NCBI GenBank assembly: GCA_034530875.2 | Contig: JAVRCJ020000069.1 | Location: 1 to 23,383, forward strand | Length of the DNA: 23,383 nucleotides | Direction of reading: 5' to 3' | From: Nostoc sp. DedSLP01 | GTDB taxonomy: Bacteria; Cyanobacteriota; Cyanobacteriia; Cyanobacteriales; Nostocaceae | In this document: one piece after another, positions 17,447 to 23,383 of the stretch | Position numbering within the stretch: position 1 is the first letter of the stretch | Layout: each line of letters starts with the position of its first letter | The notes under the pieces: model-generated | What the model saw: only the letters and a program-made list of their open reading frames with translations | Told to the model about the DNA's origin: nothing | Database searches by the model: none | Made by a program: the position numbers and the translations under genes

Positions 17447-17498
17447 AGAAAATGGTATTACGCAGTAAAAACCTGAAACCTCATTTAGGATTACTATA

Positions 17499-20400
17499 AT
17501 GTCACCAATTGGAATCCCCAGTCGCTCAACTTCAGTCAAACAAACTGCAATTCCTAAGCTGTGGCTCATGTTGGTGGGAGTCAATAAATATCAAGATGAC
17601 GGACTACCCAGCCTTAATTATTCAACAGTAGATTGTCAGGGTTTAGCAGAAGCATTGGTAGATGCAGCCGCACAATTTACCGAAACAGAGGTGAAAATAT
17701 ATCATGATTTTGCACCGCAACCACCATCTTTAGAAAACATCCGTGCCAGTCTCCGACAAATTACCACTGCGGCTCAACCTATTGATACTATTTTATTTTA
17801 TTTTTCCGGACATGGGATTGTAGAACCAAACACGCAGCAAGCATTTTTGTGTTTGGCAGATACTCAAAAATCCGATCTTCAAAACACAGCTTTAGCTTTA
17901 CAAGAACTTTTACAATTATTGGGTAATAGTGGGGCGCAAAATCAGCTTGTTTGGCTAGATGCTTGTCATAGCGGCGGGATGACACTCAGAGGTATAACAA
18001 AAGAACCATTGCTGAACGCTACAACAAAAATGGTTGAAGTTTTACAACAATGCGCTGCTAAAAGTAAAGGTTTTTATGCTTTGCTTTCCTGCGATAATAA
18101 CCAGCAATCTTGGGAGTTTCCCGAATTGGGACATGGGGTGTTTACTTATTATTTAATGAAAGGGTTGCAAGGTGAGGCAGCAGATAACCAAGGCTTAATT
18201 TATGTGGATAATTTATATCGATATGTATATCATAAAACTCTCCAATATATAGATAAAAGCAATCAACAGTTACGGCTGATTAATCAGCAGAAAAAAAATA
18301 AAGGAGAAACTCAAATTTTTCGAGAATATCCGTTACAAACTCCCAAGCGAATTGTTGAGGGAGTCGGAGAACTAATTGTAGGCAGAGGATTAACTACGGT
18401 AACTCTTGGGGTGCGTCGGATAGGAATAGTAGTAGAGGGATTATCAGTTAGCAAAACAACACTAGATATTAGCAAATTTCTCGGAAATACTGGGGATTTT
18501 ACACTAGAGTATTTGCCAGCAACAAAAGTATCTGCCGATCGCCTCAAAGAAGCGATCGCTAGTGATTTACAACAACCAGCATCAGAAGTTATTCTACTTT
18601 ATCTGCGGGGACGAATTGAAGAAACTGAAACAGGCGAATGGTTATTGCTGGGAGAAAATATTCGTATCAAGCGTTCCTGGTTGAAACAACAGCTACGCCA
18701 ATGCAGCGCTCAACAAATTATCATCCTCGATTGTCCTGTAGCTAATACATGTTTGCAAGATTGGGTAGAAGATTTGCAACTTGACTCCCACCAAGGACAA
18801 TGTATCATAGCCTACGCCTCGCCTGCTGATGCACCAGAACGCTTCGCCGAAAAATTTCTCGATACTTTGATGGCAGCTTCCCAAGCAGATGGACTCTCAG
18901 CCGCCGCAGCGATCGCTCAACTACAACTATCCTTGGCAGGTAGCGGTGTTCCTCTTTACATCTGGCTATCAGGCAGACAAGGCATTATAGAAATTCTCCA
19001 AGCAAAAACGGGAGCAAACACGCCAAAATCAACCACAGGATTGGATTTGGGAGTATGCCCTTATATGGGGCTAAGTGCTTTTTCCGAACAAGATAGCCAG
19101 TATTTTTACGGTAGAGAAGCCTTAACTCAGGAGTTAATTCACCAACTACGCGATCGCTCTTTTTTAGCCGTCATCGGTGCTTCCGGAAGCGGCAAATCTT
19201 CAATTGTCCAAGCTGGTGTAATTCCCCAACTGCGATTGGGCAAACAAATACCCAGTAGCGAACAATGGTGGATTAGAAGCATTCGTCCCGGAGCAAATCC
19301 GCTTGAAGCTTTAGCGCAGCAGCTTGGGGGAGCAGGGGAGCAGGGGAGCAGAGGGGCAGAGGAAGCAGGGGGAGTAAAAGAGCAAAAGAATTATTCTTAT
19401 CCAATCCCCAGTCCCCAGTCCCCAGTCCCCAGTCCCCAATCCCCCCATCTTTTGTTAGAGGGAATATTTCACCAAGGGGTAGAGGGATTTGTTTACTGGA
19501 TACGCAATCAACCCCATCGAGTTGTGGTGCTAGTGATAGATCAGTTTGAGGAACTGTTTACTTTAGCTCCAAGCCCAGATAGAGAGCTATTTTTAGAATT
19601 ATTGCTGGGAGCAGTGCAATATGCTGGCGATCGCTTCAAATTAATTATTACTTTACGGGCAGACTTTATTGCCTCCTGTTTAGAAGTACCAGCACTGGCT
19701 AAAGCTTTGCAGGATTTGAGCATATTAGTTCCACCGAAGCTAAGTTTGGATGATTATCGACGGGTGATTCTCAACCCAGCTCAACAAGTCGGGTTAAAAG
19801 TAGAACCAGAACTAGTGGAAGTATTATTGCGAGAGCTAAATCGCTCACCAGGAGATTTACCATTACTAGAATTTGTTTTAGAGCAATTATGGCAACATCG
19901 AGTTGCTGGTGAGTTGACTTTACAAACCTATCAAGAGCAACTAGGCGGAATTCAAGGAGCATTAGAGCGATCGTCTCAGGCTGTTTACGAAAGTTTCGAT
20001 CCTCAAATGCAAGAATGCGCTAAATGGATTTTTTTATCTTTGACACAACTAGGTGAAGGTACAGAAGATACTCGCAGGCGGGTACATAAATCAGAGTTAA
20101 TAGTCAAAAAATATCCAGCCGCATTAGTAGAAAAAACCCTCAACGCCTTAACTGCTGCCAAGTTAGTAGTGATGAATTTAGAACAAGAAGAACTAACAAA
20201 AGGACAAGGTAGACAAGGAGAACAAGAAAAAATTTCTCCCCCTGCTTCCCCTGCCTCCCCCGCCCCCATAACAGTAGAAGTTGCCCATGAAATCCTCATC
20301 CGTCATTGGTCAACTTTACGCTGGTGGTTAGAAGAAAATCGCGATCGCTTGCGAAAACAAAGGCAAATTGAGCAAGCTTCACAATTGTGGCTACAACGCA

Positions 20401-22727
20401 GTCAGCAAGCTGATTTCTTATTACAAGGAGTGCGACTAGCTGAAGCAGAAGATATCTATATTAAATATACCGACGAACTTTCTGCTGATGTGCAACGGTT
20501 TATTGAAGCTTGTTTAGTACAAAGAAAACAACAGCAACTACAAGAAAAAAGAAGACTCAAGCAAGCTCAAAGGGCTGTAGTTGCACTCAGTATTTTAGGA
20601 TTAGCGGCTGTCTGTTTCGGCTCCTTAGCCTATTGGAAATCTCAAGCAGCCCAATTGCGAGAAATTGAAGCCTTAAATGCCTCATCTCAAGCTAATCTTT
20701 TGTCACATCAGCAGTTAGAAGCGCTGATTGCCAGTGTCAAAGCAGGTAAACAGCTAAAAAACACTCTTGTAGCACCAACCGATTTGCAAACTCAGACTTT
20801 GGGTGTTTTACAACAAGTAATTTCTGGAACCCAAGAGCGCAACCGCTTAGAAGGGCATAGCGCTGAAGTATCGAGCGTGAGTTTTAGTCCTGACGGTAAA
20901 ACAATTGTATCGGCTAGTAACGACAAAACAGCCATAATTTGGGGACATGATGGCACCAAGTTACGGACATTAACAGGGCATACTGGTACAGTCCGGAGCG
21001 TCAGTTTCAGCCCGGATGGTCAAACGATCGCAACAGCTAGTTTCGATCGCACCGTCAAGCTTTGGAGAACTAAGGACGGTTCTTTAATTAGAACCCTAAA
21101 CGGTCATACTGCGGAGGTTCTGAGCTTATCTTGGTCTACGAACGGCGAGACCATCGCCACAGGTAGCGCCGATGGCACTGCTAAAATTTGGAAAGTTAGC
21201 GATGGTCATTTGCTGAGAACTTTTAGCGGATATCGGGATTTTGTTAATTGTGTCAGTTTTAGCCCTGATGGGGAAATTTTGGCGATCGCTAGTGCAGATA
21301 AAACCGTTAAACTTTGGAGTGTTAGCGATGGAGCGTTGCGGCAAACCCTCCAAGGACATAGCGCCGGAGTCTCCAGCGTTGCTTTTAGCCCCGACGGCCA
21401 AACTCTAGCTTCAGCCAGTGAAGATAAAACAGTGAGACTATGGCACAGAGACGGCAGCTTACTGAGAATTATTCCAGCCCACAACGCAGAGATCCTCAGC
21501 GTCAACTTCAGTCATGATGGTCAAACCCTAGCTTCTACCAGCGCCGATAGCACAATCAAAATTTGGAGTTCTCAGGACGGCTCTTTACGTCAAACTTTAC
21601 TAGGGCATAGTATTGCAGTATACAGCGCCAGTTTTAGCCCCGATGACCAGACTTTAGTTTCGGCTGGCGCTGATAAAACTGTTAGACTTTGGCAGCTAGA
21701 TAATCCTCTATTCAAAACTCTCACAGGACATCAAGGTAAACTCTATAGTGTGAGTTTTAGCCCGAATGGGCAAATAGCCACTGCCGGTCAAGACACTACG
21801 ATAAAACTTTGGCAGCGTGACGGAACTTTGCGCCAAACCCTGGAAGGTTATGATACTTCAGTTTACGGACACAGTAAGGAAATCTACGGTTTAGCCTTCA
21901 GTCCTGACGGCGAGACATTAGCCTCAGCGAGTCTTGACCATTATATTAAACTTTGGCGGACTCGTGACGGCTATATGATTAAAACCCTTCAAGGGCATCA
22001 GCGCGAAGTCAATAGTCTCAGCTTTAGCCCTAATAGTCAAATTCTGGCAAGCGCCAGTGCTGATACGACCATTAAACTTTGGAATATTCAAACAAAAGCT
22101 TTAATTAAAACTCTCCAAGGGCATACGGCTGAAGTTTTGAGCGTCAGTTTCAGTCCTAGCGGTCAAGTACTGGCCTCAGCTGGTAGAGATAACAAAGTTT
22201 TGCTTTGGAGAGTTAAGGATGGTAAGTTACTGTATAGTCTGCCAGGACATACTAACGCTGTCAACGCCATTAGTTTTAGTCCTGATGGTAAAATACTCGC
22301 CTCGGCTAGTGCTGATAAAACGATTAAACTTTGGCAAGTCAGCAATGGAGCTTTACTACAAACTCTTACGGGACATACTGATAGCATCTACAGCCTCAGC
22401 TTTAGTCCTGACGGCCAAACAATCGCCTCAGCTAGCGGTGATGGAAGCATCAAACTTTGGAACCGTGAAGGCAGAGAACTCAAAACTCTTCTAGGACATA
22501 CTGATGCAGTATTGAGCGTCAGTTTTAGCCCTGATGGGAAATTTTTGGCTTCTGCCAGTTTTGATGGTACAGCTAAACTTTGGCGTCTTCTGAGCGCGGA
22601 ACTGCAAACCCAAGATTTAGACAATCTACTGATTCGCAGTTGTAATTTACTAAAAGATTACCTCAAAACTAACCCCAAGATTAGCGATCGAGAACGGGGT
22701 TCGCTATGTTCAGATTTACGGAGCTAG
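17499..22727 (+). CDS. Caspase-family (peptidase C14) - degenerate caspase-like - STAND NTPase (nSTAND1-like) - TM helix - 14x WD40 protein
   Basis: Catalytic dyad motifs YFSGHG and [32 protein letters not shown]; Walker A GASGSGKS; Walker [36 protein letters not shown]; hydrophobic [23 protein letters not shown]40 array. Confidence 0.92.
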   Translation: MSPIGIPSRSTSVKQTAIPKLWLMLVGVNKYQDDGLPSLNYSTVDCQGLAEALVDAAAQFTETEVKIYHDFAPQPPSLENIRASLRQITTAAQPIDTILFYFSGHGIVEPNTQQAFLCLADTQKSDLQNTALALQELLQLLGNSGAQNQLVWLDACHSGGMTLRGITKEPLLNATTKMVEVLQQCAAKSKGFYALLSCDNNQQSWEFPELGHGVFTYYLMKGLQGEAADNQGLIYVDNLYRYVYHKTLQYIDKSNQQLRLINQQKKNKGETQIFREYPLQTPKRIVEGVGELIVGRGLTTVTLGVRRIGIVVEGLSVSKTTLDISKFLGNTGDFTLEYLPATKVSADRLKEAIASDLQQPASEVILLYLRGRIEETETGEWLLLGENIRIKRSWLKQQLRQCSAQQIIILDCPVANTCLQDWVEDLQLDSHQGQCIIAYASPADAPERFAEKFLDTLMAASQADGLSAAAAIAQLQLSLAGSGVPLYIWLSGRQGIIEILQAKTGANTPKSTTGLDLGVCPYMGLSAFSEQDSQYFYGREALTQELIHQLRDRSFLAVIGASGSGKSSIVQAGVIPQLRLGKQIPSSEQWWIRSIRPGANPLEALAQQLGGAGEQGSRGAEEAGGVKEQKNYSYPIPSPQSPVPSPQSPHLLLEGIFHQGVEGFVYWIRNQPHRVVVLVIDQFEELFTLAPSPDRELFLELLLGAVQYAGDRFKLIITLRADFIASCLEVPALAKALQDLSILVPPKLSLDDYRRVILNPAQQVGLKVEPELVEVLLRELNRSPGDLPLLEFVLEQLWQHRVAGELTLQTYQEQLGGIQGALERSSQAVYESFDPQMQECAKWIFLSLTQLGEGTEDTRRRVHKSELIVKKYPAALVEKTLNALTAAKLVVMNLEQEELTKGQGRQGEQEKISPPASPASPAPITVEVAHEILIRHWSTLRWWLEENRDRLRKQRQIEQASQLWLQRSQQADFLLQGVRLAEAEDIYIKYTDELSADVQRFIEACLVQRKQQQLQEKRRLKQAQRAVVALSILGLAAVCFGSLAYWKSQAAQLREIEALNASSQANLLSHQQLEALIASVKAGKQLKNTLVAPTDLQTQTLGVLQQVISGTQERNRLEGHSAEVSSVSFSPDGKTIVSASNDKTAIIWGHDGTKLRTLTGHTGTVRSVSFSPDGQTIATASFDRTVKLWRTKDGSLIRTLNGHTAEVLSLSWSTNGETIATGSADGTAKIWKVSDGHLLRTFSGYRDFVNCVSFSPDGEILAIASADKTVKLWSVSDGALRQTLQGHSAGVSSVAFSPDGQTLASASEDKTVRLWHRDGSLLRIIPAHNAEILSVNFSHDGQTLASTSADSTIKIWSSQDGSLRQTLLGHSIAVYSASFSPDDQTLVSAGADKTVRLWQLDNPLFKTLTGHQGKLYSVSFSPNGQIATAGQDTTIKLWQRDGTLRQTLEGYDTSVYGHSKEIYGLAFSPDGETLASASLDHYIKLWRTRDGYMIKTLQGHQREVNSLSFSPNSQILASASADTTIKLWNIQTKALIKTLQGHTAEVLSVSFSPSGQVLASAGRDNKVLLWRVKDGKLLYSLPGHTNAVNAISFSPDGKILASASADKTIKLWQVSNGALLQTLTGHTDSIYSLSFSPDGQTIASASGDGSIKLWNREGRELKTLLGHTDAVLSVSFSPDGKFLASASFDGTAKLWRLLSAELQTQDLDNLLIRSCNLLKDYLKTNPKISDRERGSLCSDLRS
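19326..19446 (+). repeat. In-frame STRR block inside the NTPase domain
   Basis: GGGGAGCA-type repeats, then five CCCCA(G/A)T heptamers (19406-19440; STRR1); translated [15 protein letters not shown]...[15 protein letters not shown]. Confidence 0.9.
20202..20267 (+). repeat. Second in-frame STRR-like block
   Basis: GACAAGG-type and CCTGC(T/C)TCC-type 9-mers; translated GQGRQGEQ...[11 protein letters not shown]. Confidence 0.75.
20853..22583 (+). repeat. 14 WD40 repeats (likely two 7-bladed propellers)
   Basis: Counted 14 units of the form [21 protein letters not shown]. Confidence 0.9.
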
Positions 22728-23022
22728 AATCGATGGTGTTTTGTAAACCTGTACCCAGTTGCAACAAGACATCTCTGCGAGGAGGTTTAGGCCCCGGCCC
22801 TTTGACCGGCGTCGTACCACCGGTTGGCCCTGGAGATTCGCCATTCCCTGGGTTAGAGAGTTGATTTTGAATTGCAGGAGCTTGAAATTCTACTTGTACC
22901 TGAGTTGGTTGTAAACTACCAACTTTGGGTGCGATCGATTGTATGGGATTTGCCAAAGTGGGTAGAGCAGTGAATAATACTGTTGGTAACGCGATCGCTA
23001 AACTCAAAATTTGCTTTTGCAT
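22681..23022 (-). CDS. Secreted Pro/Gly-rich hypothetical protein (113 aa)
   Basis: Signal peptide [26 protein letters not shown]; purine-rich AGAGGAAAAAGG upstream; motif copy 3 upstream; 3' end overlaps the caspase gene by 47 bp. Confidence 0.7.
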   Translation of the reverse strand: MQKQILSLAIALPTVLFTALPTLANPIQSIAPKVGSLQPTQVQVEFQAPAIQNQLSNPGNGESPGPTGGTTPVKGPGPKPPRRDVLLQLGTGLQNTIDSSSVNLNIANPVLDR

Positions 23023-23139
23023 ATCAAGCCTTTTTCCTCTTTAATATATACTTAAAGCTGAACTACTAGAGAGCCTATCCCTTTGCAGATATTTAGCTAC
23101 AAAGGCAAGCAACAGCATTCCAGATTGTAGGTTTAAAAC

Positions 23140-23180
23140 CCTTCAGAAACTTAATAGATCTAGTTGAGTTTTTTTATGCA
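23140..23180 (-). promoter_or_regulatory. Conserved promoter-like motif, copy 3 (faces the 113-aa secreted protein gene)
   Basis: Minus strand reads TGCATAAAAA-aactcaacta-GATCTAT-taagtt-TCTGAAGG; same spacing as copies 1 and 2. Confidence 0.65.
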
Positions 23181-23223
23181 GTTTTCTGAGTAGTGTTTCC
23201 AGAACTTATCGAGTAAGACGATA

Positions 23224-23313
23224 GGCACAAAACTCCTGAGTATGTGGGTGACTCAGGAACTCACATACGTCCTTCAGGCAGGAGATGTAGTGCCAACGGC
23301 AATTTTAATTGCC
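23224..23313. other. Nested inverted-repeat structure (structured RNA or IS200/IS605-end-like remnant)
   Basis: Stems GGCAC/GTGCC, CTCCTG/CAGGAG and GTATGTGGGT/ACTCACATAC; alternative stem TCCTGAGT/ACTCAGGA; then GGCAATT-tt-AATTGCC. Confidence 0.45.
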
Positions 23314-23383
23314 AGGTGTACATTAAAGAATTAACGTGAGTTCGACAGAACTAAAAAATGACAGTAGCGATCGCCCTTCAGGT

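Larger units (their letters stand above)
10..23374. repeat. Dispersed HIP1 octamers (GCGATCGC)
   Basis: More than 20 copies seen by eye across the window, e.g. 10-17 and 23367-23374; a hallmark of cyanobacterial DNA. Confidence 0.95.

Noticed and set aside
17360..17584. 74-aa ORF on the - strand
   Set aside because: Antisense to the caspase 5' end and runs through the MITE; TQRRRGAE is translated repeat DNA.
20853..22624. Periodic DNA as a possible CRISPR array, and the antisense ORFs within it
   Set aside because: The periodicity is explained by WD40 coding repeats. There are no identical direct repeats with unique spacers and no cas genes.

Overview
Filamentous-cyanobacterial (Nostoc/Anabaena-like) DNA, judged from over 20 HIP1 octamers (GCGATCGC), STRR heptamer repeats and gene content. 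The window has three parts. (1) 1-1369 is non-coding and holds a frameshifted fragment of a group 1/2 (RpoD/SigB-type) sigma gene that the ORF track misses; its HIP1 site is split by a 26-nt insertion. There is also an orphan terminator. (2) 1370-10502 is a near-complete tyrosine/homogentisate catabolism cluster: hppD-hmgA plus a heme-oxygenase-like diiron enzyme, a divergent hypothetical-fahA pair, and an acyl-CoA synthetase-thiolase pair. No recognisable maleylacetoacetate isomerase is present. (3) 10662-23180 is the best candidate for an undescribed system. It comprises an atypical sigma-70-like factor with a DUF1822-like partner, and three small secreted proteins each preceded by the same fixed-spacing 41-bp motif TGCATAAAAA-N10-RAYCTAT-N8-TGAA. 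One of the three is a RiPP-like precursor with SSDKGKD repeats, followed by a degenerate ATP-grasp gene and an ATP-grasp/2OG-Fe(II) oxygenase fusion. A membrane-anchored caspase-STAND NTPase-WD40 protein completes the block. All product calls come from motif recognition by eye; no database searches were run.
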